A stretch of 64,000 nt of DNA, from NCBI RefSeq assembly GCF_009914755.1, contig NC_060940.1, one strand, 5' to 3'. Shown piece after piece: positions 17,121-38,838 of this stretch. Source of the DNA: the human T2T-CHM13v2.0 reference genome, Homo sapiens. The notes below the pieces were generated by a model that was given only the letters and a program-made list of their open reading frames with translations, did not search any database and had not been told where the DNA came from. The position numbers were made by a program, and so were the translations under genes. Numbering within the stretch: position 1 is the stretch's first letter; every line of letters starts with the position of its first letter.

Positions 17121-18089
17121 GGGTAGAGAGTGGACTTGCAACTGTGCTGGAAATCGGGGGACGACTTCATGCCCATGAGCTTTGTGCTGTAAACTTAGTT
17201 GTCCACCAGAACCTCCTTTTACACAGTTTTCCAGATGTGGCTGGGTACACAGCAGATCGGCTAGGTCAGAGACTGTTCTTTCTGGCTTCCCTTGCCGCTA
17301 GGTGTGGCCAAATATGACTAAGTCCTCACCTCCGGACTGGAAACAGAAGTGATGCAAACCACCTCTGGATCTAACTCTTGCACACTCTTTCCATCCTTCC
17401 TGTGAGCCGGGACAGCACAAATGGGCCTGCAACCCAGCTAAGAAGAGAGGACTGGACCAGCGCCCCAGGGGAGGAGGGAACATCAAGGCGGGAGAATCTG
17501 GAATAAGAGTTGTCGATACTCACCTACATCCCTCACCTTGGGACTATTGCACAAGAGAAAAATTTGGCTTAAAACTATTCTAGTTTGGGGTCTCTTTGTT
17601 ATAGCTGCCAGCCTGTACCTTAATGATGTTAAGTACCTTGGGGGACCACGCACTGCTCTCCTGCTGTCACTCAAGCCACATAGCAATGTTATGAGCAGGC
17701 AGTGTGACCCCATTTGATGGCCCAGGAAGTTGGTCACAGCAGTGAAGTGACTCGCCTGAGCTCACATACATAGGAGGCGGTACCAGGGTCTCTTAGATAC
17801 TGTTGGCTATTTTGTAACTTTGTTGTTTACCACCCCTCATTCATTTAGCTAACAGAAATGTATGGAGGGCCCACTTTGTGCCAGGCATGGTTCTAACCCC
17901 GGGCATTCTGTGACTAGACAAACAGATATCGTTTCTGATGGCTTGAAGGCTGGTGGGGCAGAGAGGGTTCCTGAATCCCCAAGACAGCCCTTGGGATGTG
18001 TGATTGCTGCCATCGACATGCGGGATTCTAGCTCAGCAGTTCCAGCTGGGCGGGGGCCGTTCTGAGTTCTGTATTTTGTTCTTCCTCCC

Positions 18090-18460
18090 CAGTAGTTCAG
18101 GGTAGTTCCACCAGTCCTTCTGCCACTCAAAGTGTGGACCTTGAGCCAAAAGCATCAGCCTCCCCGAGGAGCTTGTTAGAAACACAGCATCTCAGGCCCC
18201 ACCCCATCCCACGGAATCATATTCTGCAGTTAACAAGGTCTCCAGGTGACTCATGCAAACTGAAGTTTGACAGGCACTGTTCTAGTGTGTGGTTCTCAAG
18301 CTTGGCTGCATGTTGGAATCACCTGGGGGTTCCTTGAAACATTCTGTTGCTTGGGCAGGGTCCTCCCAAGATTCTAATTTAATTAATGTAGGTTTGAGCT
18401 GCACAGTAGAATTTTCCAGAACCCCCATGGATAATTCAAATGTGGAGCCAGGGTAGAAAA
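18090..18460. mobile_element. MER5A-like DNA transposon copies (another at ~19455-19610)
   Basis: ctcaaagtgtgg...cagcatctcaggccccacccc...aggtgactcatgc; gcatgttggaatcacctgggg. Confidence 0.65.
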
Positions 18461-18477
18461 CTTTGCTATACATATTT

Positions 18478-18518
18478 ACACACACACACACACATACACA
18501 CACACACACACACACACA
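18478..18518 (+). repeat. (CA)n microsatellite
   Basis: Direct observation; one interruption. Confidence 0.95.
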
Positions 18519-20616
18519 GATATGTATATTTGATGGATGAATGGATGAATGGCCAAAGCAACTTCTCTGTGTAAAAGGCAAGGTGTTGACAACCACAGTT
18601 TTCTCTGGATTAAAATGCTCTGAAATGGAAAAAGAAATTATTTCCAGTGTCCACAGAAATCATAAATTGAAATGTTCTTTATGCCTGGCTGCTGGAGAAA
18701 GAGAAAGAGACTGAACCACGACAGTCTCTATTTGCCTGTCCAGGGCAGGGCACCTTTCTGGCTGGACTTCTGTGTGGACTATTGCAGGGGTGGGAGTCAG
18801 AGGCAGCACTGCCAAGGGGTGGAGTCCAGAGTGTTCCAGCCTCTTCTTTGGAAACTGAAGCACAGAGAGGGTCAGTGGCCAGTGCGAAGCCACACAGCAA
18901 GTTTTTAGCAAGATTGGAGAATCAGGAACTTTCTGTGCCCTACCAGCCTTCAAGCCCCCCAGAAACCATGTCCGCTTGTCTAGTTACAATACTCTCAGAG
19001 CCTAGCGCAGTTTCAAATCCCATCTCTTCCACTTACTTGGGCAAATCACTTGTCTCCTCTGGACTTTCAGTTGTCTAACCTCTGGAGGGCTGTCATGATG
19101 AATGGAAATTATGCACATAAAGCCATTAACAGGACCGTGCACCTAGCAGGCACAGGATGCGCTGTAGCCATTTTAACCGAACCATACATTGGTCATGGAC
19201 CACAGTCTCCTGGTCAGTGTAAGGGTAGCAATACCTTCTTCCTGTTGCTGGATATTACAGGAAGATGAGGGGATTCTCCAGCCCACCGAGAGGTCTTTGC
19301 CATGACTGCCCAGGGTTTGCTTCAGGATCCTGAAGGGCTCAGAAGTTTTGGGTTCTGATTCCCCAGCCCTGCTACAAACTTGCTGTGTGACTTTGCAGCG
19401 GCCACTGGCCCTCTCTGTGCTTCAGTTTCCAATGCAGAGTTTGGAACAGAATTGGTATTTCTGAAAGCTGATTTGGAAACCCTGGCACCAGAAGCCCCCA
19501 GGGTGCTTGTTGTAAATGCAGATTCTTGGGCCCCCATCACAAAATCCAAACCTTAGGGTGGGGCCCGGGAATCTACATTTTGGTAACTCCCCCCATTCAC
19601 TCTGAGGCACCTGGAAGGTTTTCAGACTCTGAGCTAGATTCTGCCTACAAGGCCTCTCTCTTTGCAGACATCCTGGGAGTTTCTCCCTAGGCTTAAAATA
19701 CTTATAGCCTTGGAATAACTTTTCCATACTGATGACCCGATAGCTCAGGAAGGTGACTCCTGAGAGGCCGGGAAGGCGCTGCCAGGTCCTCCTCCTGCCT
19801 GTGGGGCTGGCATTTGGACACTCAAGCCATGCACACCGGCTCCTGCCCTCCCACGGCCTGGCCCTCTGGCCACCTCTCTGGACTGCAGCAAGGGCTCTGC
19901 TCTGCCGCGTCACTGCACCTGCATCAGGCTCTGCTGTGCATCCTAAATCCAGCCTCCCAGCACTGGTTCCTCAGAAATGCTGGCATTGGGGCAGGGGGTG
20001 TTTATGGAGTGTGGGCAGAGGAAATAACTCCCAGCTTAGCAAACATTCGAAGAAAAGAAAAAAAGGGGAAAGAAGGAAAGAAAAAAGTTTTCCTTTCTCC
20101 CTTTGTGGAAGTTCTGTGCTTAAACCCAGAAAGTTCCGGGTCCTAGGAACCCCCTGGGCCCTGGGCACACCGAGATGGTTGGTCACCCTATTCCTAGCCC
20201 TTGCCACAGGCAGAGCGAGGTGTGTTCTGGCTCCTTCCTGCAATGAAGAAGAGCAAGCGTCAGCCTGGAGAAGGCCCAGGGTGTGAATGGTGAAACAACA
20301 CCGATGAATCCCACAGGCATGATGTGGAGCAAAGCAAGCCGGGTGTGTGTTTCCACTTGTGGGAAGCTCGAGAACAGGCAGCCTCATCTAGGGTGCACAA
20401 AGTGATCAGAACAGTGGCTGCCTCTGGGTAGTGTAGGGATGGCCTGTGAAGGGCCACGAGGGAGCTTTCTGGGGTCACAGAAATATTCTATACTCACAGG
20501 GGAGAGGCTGACACGGGTGCATCCGTTTATTAAATTCTACACCTAGGATTTGTGCATTTCAGTGTATGTACATTTCACCTGTAAAACTGTAGAAGAAAAA
20601 TAGTAACAAATGATTA

Positions 20617-21351
<735 letters not shown>

Positions 21352-21449
21352 TCATGGAGTCATGGTTTCCCAGAAGTTCCTTATATTATTCTATTTACCT
21401 TGTAAATGTCTGAAGTTCTCCATGATGAAAAGTTAAAAAAAAAAAGGAT

Positions 21450-22430
21450 AATCAAAAGCACAATAAGACACAAATTGACATCCACTAGGATGGCTAAAAT
21501 CATAAAGACAGACAATAGCCAAGTGTCGGTGAGATTGTGGAGAAACTGGAACCCATCACTACTGGTGGGGATGTAAAATGGGGCAGCGGCAGTGGAAACA
21601 GTTTGGCAGGTCCTCAAAAGGTTAAACAGAATTACCATGCAACCCAGCTGTTCCACTCCTAGGTGTATAGCTCAGACAAATGAAAACACATGTCCACACA
21701 AAAACTTGTACACAGGCCGGGTGTGGTGGCTCACGCCTGTAATCCTGGCACTTTGGGAAGCCGAGGCGGGTGGATCACCTGGGGTCAGGAGTTTAAAACC
21801 AGCCTGGCCAACATGGTAAAACCCCATCTCTACTAAAAATACAAAAATTAGCCAGGCATGGTGGCAGGTGCCTGTGATCCTAGCTACTCGGGAGGCTGAG
21901 GCAGGAGAATCACTTGAACTCAGGAGGTGGAGGTTGCAGGGAGCCAAGCTTGTGCCACTGCACTGCAGCCTGGGCGACAGAGCTAGAATCTGTCTCAGAA
22001 AAAAACAAAACAAAACAAAACCCAAAAAAACTTGTACACAAAAGTCCATGGTAGTATTATTCATAATAGCCCCAAAGTAGAGACAACTTAAACATCCATA
22101 AACTGATGAGTGAATACATAAAATGCGGCCTATTCATACAATGGAATAGTAGTCAGCCATGAAAAGGAATGAAGGGCTAAATCGTGCTACAACATGGATG
22201 CACCCTGAAAACACGATGCTGAGTGAAAAGAAGCCAGACACAGACACGACATGTTGGATGATTCCACTTATGTGAGATGTCCAGAGCAGGCAAATCCACA
22301 GAGACAGAAAGCAGAGGGGTGGGTGTCCGGGGCTGGATGGAGGAGGAGGGTAGCAGTGATGGCTGCACAGCTCCACGATGATACTAAAGACCACCGAATT
22401 GTGCACTTTAAAAGGGCCAATATTGTGGTA
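21450..22430 (+). mobile_element. L1MB-like 3' end interrupted by an Alu (21715-22030); similar fragment at ~26620-27020
   Basis: gtggaaacagtttggcag, tcataatagccccaaagt, atgattccacttatgtgag; Alu TSD aaaaacttgtacaca. Confidence 0.8.
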
Positions 22431-23435
22431 TGGGAGTTATCGTCGGAGTCTGAGCTGGCTGAACACTCCTGGGGGAGGCAGGAAGTGGAAGTAGTGGGGG
22501 TCCCACAGCCTGGCCCTCACCTGTTTCACGCAGCAGCAGAGCGGGGCTTCCTGAGGGCAAAGCTGCTGCCCTGGGGGCCCTGCAGATGCAATGCAGGCCA
22601 GTTCTGGAAGCTCCATCTGGGAGGGGCTCAGGGCCCACAGTCTTGACCTTGGAGACTTCCTCGCCCCCTCTGTCCCTCCCAGCAAAATGCTGCCAGCCCC
22701 ACTTCAGAACGTGGCCACCTCTCACTTCTGCAGCTCCTTAGTCAGGGCTGGTCCATTCTGCAGCTCGGCATCCCTCCCTCCCCTCCCTCCTGCTGTGAGT
22801 TCACCATTTGTGCCTTTGGCCCTGGCCCGAGGCCCTGAGCTGTTTCCTCTGAGGCTCTCCTGGGGCCTGGATGTGCTGACTCACTCCTCTGCCCACTCCT
22901 TTAGCCACTTTTCTCTCGGCCAGCCGTGCCCTCCGCTACCCTCCCCTCCTTTACTCCGCTCCCATGGGCCTCCCCCCAGGCACTACTCACCCCGAGCCGC
23001 AATCCCTCCTCCCCAGGTCTCCCCGCCACCCCCCCGCCCACTCCTTCTAGCAGCTGTCCCCACTTCCCAACCCTGGGACACAAGGGCTCTGAGAGTGCTG
23101 GAACCAACCGGACGGGGTCAGCCCCACCATGGGACCTGGCCGATGAGTCATCTCTCTGAAGGCGTCTTCCCTTCTGTGAAGTGGGGAAGGTAACTGTCAT
23201 CCCACAGGGCGATTGTGGGCACCCGGGAGACCCGCTGAGGGATGCTGCAGTGTAGAAGCTTCCCAAATCTACGCTGCTTCTCTTCCTCCTCAGTCCTCTC
23301 CCGCTGCTGCCCTCCGGTTCAGGCCCTGTGGCTGATCCATCACGGGCTCTCCACGGCCTTCACCTTGGGCGGGTTGGATGGCTGACTTCTCTTCTAGAGG
23401 TTCCAGCAAATTCTTACTAGAAAGCAGCTGCCACT

Positions 23436-28140
<4,705 letters not shown>

Positions 28141-28605
28141 AGAAAGAGAGAGAGAAAGAAAGAGAAGGAAAGAAGGGAAGAAAAATAAAACGAGGGTAGG
28201 AAGAAAGAAAACAAAAGAAAAGGAAAGGAAAGAAAGATGGTATCAGTGTTGTGTAGTCATAGGGGGTCGGATTTTAGAGCCAATCAGAGGTGAGTTCAAA
28301 TCTTAGCTCTGCCTTACTGTGAGCTTAAGAAAGTGATAAAACCTCTCTGAGCCTCGGTTTCCTCATCTGTAAAATGGGGGTAGAAGTGGTATTCACTTCC
28401 CTATGCTGCCACAGGGATGAAATCAGTCCACGGTGTGAAATGCCAGCCTCACGAGCGGCACTTAGGAGGCATCGGTTCTTTCATCCTTTTGGGGAAGAGT
28501 CCCCCCTGGGAAATCCGGAACTTTAAAATCCGGTGCCCCTTAGAAGAGCTCAGGTGCTGGCTTGGTCCTTCCTGTCTACACTGCCTCTTCCCTTCTCCAC
28601 TGTAA

Positions 28606-28900
28606 TTTTTTTTGAGATGGAGTTTTGCTCTTGTTGCCCAGGCTGGAGTGCAGTGGCACAATCTTGGCTCACTGCAACCTCCACCTCCGGGTTCAAGCGA
28701 TTCTCCTGCCTCAGCCTCCCAAGTAGCTGGGATTACAGGCACAAGCCACCACACCTGGCTAATTTTTTTTTGTTTTTTTTTAGTAGAGATGGAGTTTTAC
28801 CGTGTTGGCCAGGCTGATCTCAAACTCCTGACCTCAGGAGATCCACCCACCTCGGCTTCCCAGAGTGCTGAGCTTACAGGCGTGAGCCACTGCACCCAGC
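28606..28900 (-). mobile_element. AluS (the only Alu sense to KCNG4 within the gene)
   Basis: Alu body; TSD tcca(c/t)tgtaattt. Confidence 0.9.
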
Positions 28901-30901
28901 CTCCATTGTAATTTGCAATCTCTGGCACAGACCTTTTACCCCACTATCAGGTTTATGCCAACGGACGTTGCTATGAGAAGGTAGAAAAACAGAAACTGCT
29001 TACAGCAAATGTCCATCCATTGTTTCTGTTTCTGATGGAAGAGTTCTGTGGGTTATAGCCCTGGGATCTGTTCCCCCACCCATCGTGACATTAATTCTTC
29101 AGCGTGGATGGTATCAGGGTCAATTTACAGGACACTGGCCCCAAACTCAATGGGCACTGCCTGTCCCCAGAAGCAGCTGGTCCCTCTCAGATTGACATTC
29201 CCTGAGGGCAAATAAGGAATACAAAGCACGTGTGTCCAGGAAGAGGACATCATCCTTTTACGTAAATGTAAGGTCACCGTCTTGGGAGAACAAAGACTGC
29301 CCCGTCCTCAGCCTCCCTGCTCTCTGAATTATTATCTAAACGGAAACACAGACACTCTCTGGGCAGCACCTCAGCCTGTCTCTGGGCACACACACAAAGA
29401 TGCTTTCACTAAGGAGAAAGCATAAAGATATTGTGGCTGGGCCCGGGCATAAATCTCTCTTGTCCCAGGAGGAGACGTGGCTGCCTGATCCTCGGCTGAA
29501 ACTTTGGCTGCGCAGGTCTGCGGGCCCACCTCTCCCCTCTAATTTGATTTCCTGAGTCACTGTTAAGCCAGGCCTGGGTTCATACCCTGCGTAATTTTCA
29601 AAGCATTAGGTTTTGAAAAGATCTTGGCCGTCTGCGCAACCGAAATCCTGGCTCCTACACAATTTCTCCCTTCTCTGGAAATCTGTAAGAGGAACAGGCT
29701 TGTGAGCATCCAGGGGCCTTTCTTTATTAACTGGGATCAGGGCACCCTTAAGAAATGGGGTAGGGAGGTCACTTGTTTTGTCTTAATCTTTGTACTGCAG
29801 AGTCCACACATAAATATTTCTGTGAACAAGCAGGCTCTTAAATCTCATGTTTTTATGCTGTAGAATGAAAAAATGCCTATGATTGGCATTGTCATCTTCT
29901 CCATGGGAAAACAAGCTGTTTAAAGGTCCAAATATTTTGTGGGTTTTTTTAGGGCCAAACTTTTGTAGGTTGGACAAGACACATTTTATTCAACCCATAT
30001 TTACTGGGATCCTACTGTCTGTGAGGCATGGGCTGGTTCTCCATTTAAGTCTTTTCTATCTGGCAAGTTCTCTGATCCTGTTGTCTTGCCCTGGGACATA
30101 TCTTTAAGCGAAGAGAACTTAGGTGGGCTGGCAACTGTTAGGAGCCAAATAGAGCAAGCACCATCTTACGTATGTGTTTAGTTTCTCTCTCTGTTGATTA
30201 CAAGGCAAGCTCCAAACATTAAGATGATGGGCAGCCCTGGGGGAGCTCGGTGCTGGAGAGGAGTGATTTTTTAAATCAGGAAACAATCTAATTCTCTGTT
30301 TGAAGCTTTCCAATAACCCTCTCAACCAAATGCTAGGTTCTTATTTCACTTCTCAGACCATCTGGCTCCCGAGTGGAGGGAGGGTGTCTCGGGGTCTCCT
30401 GTAACTCCCTGCAAAGGGGACGAAGGTGTGGGCAAGCAGCACTTTTTACTCTGGCCTCCTGGGGCAGAGTGACTTACAGATCAGCTCATCTGTGAGTTTC
30501 CCATCCAGTGAGACTGGCCCAGACACTGAGCACTGCAGGGAAACTGAGGCCGGGGACCTTTGCATCATTGGCGTCCTTACTGTGGAGCTCCGAGGAAAAT
30601 AAATGGCCCATGCCTCAGTTTCCTCATCTGAAAATGGAGTGGGGATGCCCAGGAGAATGTTAGCTCAAGAAGGCAGGGATTTTATGTTTTTGACCTGCTC
30701 TAGGGCTTAGCACAGAGTGGTGTTCAGTAAACACATGTTGAGTTCACTGGGTGAGTAAACCTTCGAGGTGATGTTACCCATTTCACGGAGTGGGAGACAG
30801 GCTCAGAGAGGAGGTGGCGTGATTTGCCTGTAGTCACAGACTCGGGAGAGCTGGGAGAGGTGACACTGTGTCTGTGTGGCCCACTGAGTCCACGCATGGC
30901 T

Positions 30902-31110
30902 GAGGGCCACGTAATGATTTTCACGGTGAGCCTTAGGCACTTTTGCCTTTGCAGGACTCCAATAAAAAAAAAAAAGATGGAAAATTATCTTTTATGACTG
31001 ATGGCCTAATAATGAATATAACCCATGTTGGATAATATTCATTTTTTTCTTCTTATTTTAAGATCTGAAGACATTTTCTTGGGCCCCTAAAAGACATCTC
31101 CGCCCAGGCA
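30902..31110 (+). mobile_element. ORSL-like hAT-Tip100 non-autonomous transposon
   Basis: taggcacttttgcctt, an AT-rich core and gggcccctaaaag resemble the ORSL consensus as I recall it. Confidence 0.55.
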
Positions 31111-31139
31111 CCCTGCGGGATGGAGCCGTGAATGCCATC

Positions 31140-31830
31140 AGAGGCCGCTCACCTGGTCCTCCTCTGCCCTGAGGTCGGGCATGGTGCTGACACACAGACT
31201 GACGGCTGTGGTGGCCACGAAGAGGATGGAGAGGCAAGCGAAGACCTTCCCGGGCAGCCCGGACTGCGGGTTTTCCACCATCTCGCGCAGCCAGTTCATG
31301 CACAGGCCCCAGCGCGAGGAGTGCGAGGCGGGGCGGCGGGTCTCCCTCTGCTGCCTCAGTACGTCCTCCCTGTGCAGCTTGGCCAGCTCCTCCAGCTCCT
31401 CCAGCTTCCTCAGCAGCTTCCGCAGGCAGCACCTCTCCAGGTGGGCCTCCTCGATGCCCCAGTAGGCCAGCTCCTCCTGGAAGGACAGCGCGCACATCTC
31501 CTGCAGAAGCACCAGCTTCCCGGCCGCCAGGAAGCTCACGATCACCCCGAAGGCGCTGGGGCTCCTGTCGAAGAAGAACTCCTGGCTGTCCTCGTCGTAA
31601 TCATCGCAGAGCTGCACGATCTCCTCGTAGCTCCGACAGAGCCTGAGTTTGCTCAGGCGGCTCAGCGGGAACCGGTCCAGTGTGCTCCAGGGGAGGAGAT
31701 ACCTCCTGCCCCCCACGTTGATCAGGATCTCCTTCTTCAGGTCCACTGGGGAGGCGTCCAGGGCACCCACCTTCCGCACCCTCCGGTAGTAAAGGCCCTT
31801 GATGGACGGCGTCTCCATGGGGCTGGACAG
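31140..31830. other. Intragenic CpG-rich segment (exon 2)
   Basis: Visibly high GC and CpG density relative to the flanks. Confidence 0.6.
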
Positions 31831-31908
31831 GAGCTGACTCCAAGGGCTGTGGGAACCATAGTGGTGGTGTCTGGGATGCAGGCCCCCGTCTCTGGAAGGC
31901 ATGGGCAT
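31153..31908 (-). CDS. KCNG4: KCNG4 (Kv6.4) coding exon 2, codons 1-252: N-terminus, T1/BTB tetramerisation domain, S1
   Basis: ORF MPMPSRDGG...EILINVGGRRY...EFFFDRSP...EELAYWGIEE...LERCC...KVFACLSILFVATTAVSLCVSTMP contains the Kv T1 and S1 motifs. ATG at 31908-31906; donor CAG|GTGAGC at 31153/31152; 756 nt, phase 0. Confidence 0.97.
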
Positions 31909-31948
31909 TGCTGAAGACCACCAGGTAGGAAGCGCTGGGTTTACCAGT
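31909..31948 (-). other. KCNG4: 5'UTR part of KCNG4 exon 2 (40 nt)
   Basis: Pyrimidine tract and AG (cttttgcttgctctttgtcccttgggtgtcag|ACTGG) end at 31949. Confidence 0.8.
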
Positions 31949-33017
31949 CTGACACCCAAGGGACAAAGAGCAAGCAAAAGGAAGGGAAATCAGTCTTGGG
32001 GCAAAGAGTTCTGGATGTCACGACTGCAGATGTTCTTACGTGTGCTTTCCTGTGACTGCATCTGCATGGCTTGTTCTTTTAACCTTTAGTTCAACACATA
32101 TTTATTGAGCACCTACTATGTGCTTGGGATACATCAGTGAAAAAAACCCTTCCCTGGTGGAACCTCTACCGACATCTCAGAAGGATGTCTCCAGAATAGA
32201 CGTTGCACGGATGGGGGCTTGAGTAATTCAGTCCTGAGCTGGACAAGTCGGAGCGGTGCCACTTCTGGGCTCTGTGGTCTCAGGTATGTGGCTTAACCTC
32301 TCTGATCTCAGCATCATTCATTCAAATGACAAGACTCATACTAATCTTGCAAGGTACAGGTAGTAAAAATAGAGCTTAAGAATGTAGGCTCTCAGGTTCA
32401 CTGGCAGGGACCGATCCCTTACAGACTGCCAGCACAGGTGGGTTACTCAGTGTCTCTGAGTCCTTTGCTTTATCTGTATGACTGGGGCAGTCTGAGTGCC
32501 CACATCGTAGGGCATGGCAAGGGTTATATGCAGTAATATACAAGAAAGTGTGTATTAATAATACTTCTAGATGCTTCTGACATGCCTGGCTTCCCCTAAC
32601 TCACCTCAACAACCTCATGAAGTAGACATAAGAGCTCCACTTTATAGATAAGGAGGCTGACGCACGGAAGGTTTGCGTGTCTTGCCTACTGTTTAGCAAG
32701 CACCTGACATCAGGAAGGTTCAGCGAGGGTCTGTTATTAAAGGTTCGAGTAGCCCAGGAATGTGACTATGCTTAGCGAGCATCCAAGCATCTAGGTCTCA
32801 GGAGGAACTCCACCAGTCTCGCTTAATCCCTCTTGGTCGCTTCCCCATTTGGGGAGGCCTTTGCTAAGGGGACGGAGGAGCATTGCGTACTTGCAATCAC
32901 AGTACTCCTCCATGTTCGTTGCGTGCTTGCCTCAGCCATCCTTGCTGTGTGACCTCCAGCCAGTTACTCCCCCTCTCTGGGCCCGCAGGCTTTTATGTGC
33001 AGAATGAAGGGGCCTCC

Positions 33018-33379
<362 letters not shown>

Positions 33380-34092
33380 TTAGATTTAGCCACTTCACAT
33401 ATTTAAAAAGTCCTTTTCATAATATTTCTCACCTTCAGATCCTGCAACCATTTCTTATGCTATTCATTCTAGCCAAAGCCATTTCCAAAGCATCTATAAG
33501 CTTACATTTTCAGATGCACTCCACTCCAATCAAGAGAAAAACTCGGCAGTGGAACGGAAATCAAAGTTCCTCTCAATTTCAGAGCCGGTTGGATTCCGGT
33601 GGATAGTGGAGAGTGAATCGTAACCTATTTCACACTCTTGCTCCCTACACAACATTCTGTTGCTCTGAATGCATTACTTTGCTCACAGGGAATGGCCAGA
33701 GGAGGATGAGGAGCCTGCAGAGAGAAGAGTATTTTGAAATCTGGGGAGCCCTTTGCAAGCTTCCTCATTTTCCCAGTGCAAAAACCAAGACCCAGCGAGC
33801 GGAAGTAACTTGTCCAAGGTCACACAGCAAATCCGAATCCAACCCAGCACTCTGTCCCCCAGCCTGGGGCTCCTTCCAGAACCTGAAAACTGCCCTTTCT
33901 GCATTCACTGAATAAACCCAATTTTGCCATCTACGGCTCTCCAAACAGCTGGCAAACAGCTCCTTCTGGAGCACGGGAAAGGAATTCACTCAAACCAGCA
34001 CTTTTGCCAAGGATGTCTAACAGCGTCAACTTCCCCCTGGCCCCCGCCCACCCTACAGCAAGCAGTAACTCTTCCCCTCCAGTTTAACTCAC

Positions 34093-34430
34093 CTTCTTGT
34101 CTCAGGGAGCCAGTTTCCAGCTGTTTCTCTGCCAGGCAAGGGGAGCCCATCTCTTGGTGCCCAGGGAAGGGACAGGTTTCTGGTGGAGATGAAGGGGAAG
34201 AAAAAAAATCCCCAAAACAGCAGTTTCTAGCAGAGTCAGTTTCCAATCTTTCTTCCCGTGCCTCCTCCAGAAACCAGAAGTTCATTCATTCTGCATCTCT
34301 CTCTCCAGCAGCTGCAGGAGAGCCCTGGGGGATTGAGGTGGGATTTTTTTTTTTTAAAGGACCCAGAAGTCCCTTTCCTTATGAGAGATGAGGGTCTGGG
34401 GGTTCTTGCTGGGAGGGAGCCAGGGCAGCT
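34093..34430 (-). other. KCNG4: KCNG4 non-coding exon 1 (5' boundary uncertain)
   Basis: Consensus donor AAG|GTGAGT at 34093/34092 in repeat-free sequence; agrees with the 3-exon structure I recall. The TSS cannot be read from sequence. Confidence 0.7.
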
Positions 34431-34860
34431 GTCCTGGTTGAGCAGCGGACTCTGCACTTCAAGTCCCACGGGGACAGCCAGTGTGGGGGGGTGTGGAATG
34501 GGAAGGGCTTAGAAATAATCTCTCCATCAGCCAGCAGCAGGAAGAAGCAGCAGCCGCTGCCACTCTGCCAACCGCCTAGGAGGCAAGGGGAGCTGTCCTC
34601 CCTCCTCTGGCATGGAGGAGCACAACTCGGGAGGAGCAGAGGGCAACTTGGGGCCGGAGGCATCTGCAGCTACCTGTCCCAGGCACCCCAGAGTCTCTCG
34701 GGGTATGCTGATGATGGTGACAGGCTCAAGTTGAAGCTGCAGGAGGAACTTTTTGCTGCTTTTAAGCAGCCCAGGCCTGGGACAGGTTCAGACAGAAGCC
34801 CAGGCTCTGAGCGCTGGGTGGGAGTCAGGGGGGCTGTGTTACAGAACAGCAATAGGAAGA
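34300..34860 (-). promoter_or_regulatory. Probable KCNG4 promoter region (GC-rich, not a CpG island)
   Basis: Unique GC-rich sequence upstream of the exon 1 donor with CAGCTG E-boxes; position-based inference only. Confidence 0.45.
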
Positions 34861-35375
34861 GCTCCGAGCTTGGAATTCACACACATGCCTGGATCCTGGC
34901 TCCTATGTGAAAGGCTGGGTGACCTTGGCCAGGTGAGTTAGTGCTTCTGAGCCTCAATTGTCTTGTCTCTAAAACATGGGAATGAGAGAGGGTTCAGGGA
35001 AGGTCAGAACCATAAGTGCAAGCTCCTGTGCTGGTTGGATGGTTGGGTGGGTGAAAAGGAAGAGGCATCAGTCCAGGGCCTGGGTGTGAACTTGGACTCT
35101 GCACTGCCTGGCTGTGTGTTCTTGGTCAGTCACTTCACTTCTCTGGGCCTTGGGTTTCTCAGTCAAATGAGGACAGTGAAACCAGCGATGGCTGCAATTG
35201 TAAAACCAGCATCTTGTAGGTGCTCACTACACGTTGACTGTTCTTCACCTTCTTAAGAGGTTTTGCAGCCCAGGCTCTTGGCTTCTGAATGTAAGTTATC
35301 TTCACTGCATTTGATAGTTGAGGCCCTGAGAAGAGGCTTGCTCAAGGTCATCTTGCTGGTTAGAACCATCACTTA

Positions 35376-38268
<2,893 letters not shown>

Positions 38269-38838
38269 ATGTATTTATAGCCAGTACACCGCCTCCTGGC
38301 CCCAGCCAATCAGATAGAACCAAGATTTTTTTGTCCAATCAGACAAAGGAAGGACACCTACCCTAAGAGGGCTTCACCCATAGGCTGAGATGAACCAATC
38401 AAATTTGCTCTCTCTCTCTCCTGAGAATTTGGACCCAAAGACATGGAGACTTTGGCATGGTAGTGGGTGCTGGCCTTGTAACATCATGTAGAAGTGGGGC
38501 TGGTGGCTGCATTGGGCTATGGGTGAGGAGGAGTAGCAGAGGAAGCCACAGGAAGAAGAAGAGTTCCCATTGACCCAGAGTTAACTTCTGTAAAGCCCAT
38601 AGAACTCGCCCTGCTGTACCTAATACCTCAACCATCATCATCATCAAAATTAGACTGAGCATATCTCTCTGTACTGTTTTGGTAGGAGGACCCCAAGTCC
38701 CCAAATTGGTGGATGTGATCACATCTAGCTCTTACCTTCTTAGTCAGATGTCACCAAGGCCTGGCTCTTTCTTGAAGTGTCCTTCAGAAGAGGGAGTTGT
38801 CTTTGTCCCACAAAATGGAGCAAGAAAAGGGGGAGCCC

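Noticed and set aside
16357-17178. 273-aa plus-strand ORF
   Set aside because: Antisense shadow of GC-rich KCNG4 exon 3; non-ATG start and no recognisable domain.
22591-23193. 200-aa Pro-rich ORF in intron 2
   Set aside because: Low-complexity C-rich DNA, non-ATG start, ends in a MIR, no domain.
31132-31914. 260-aa plus-strand ORF
   Set aside because: Antisense shadow of KCNG4 exon 2.
31909-31977. N-terminal extension MLALCPLG... in the ORF track
   Set aside because: Starts at a non-ATG codon in intron 1, upstream of the acceptor at 31949.
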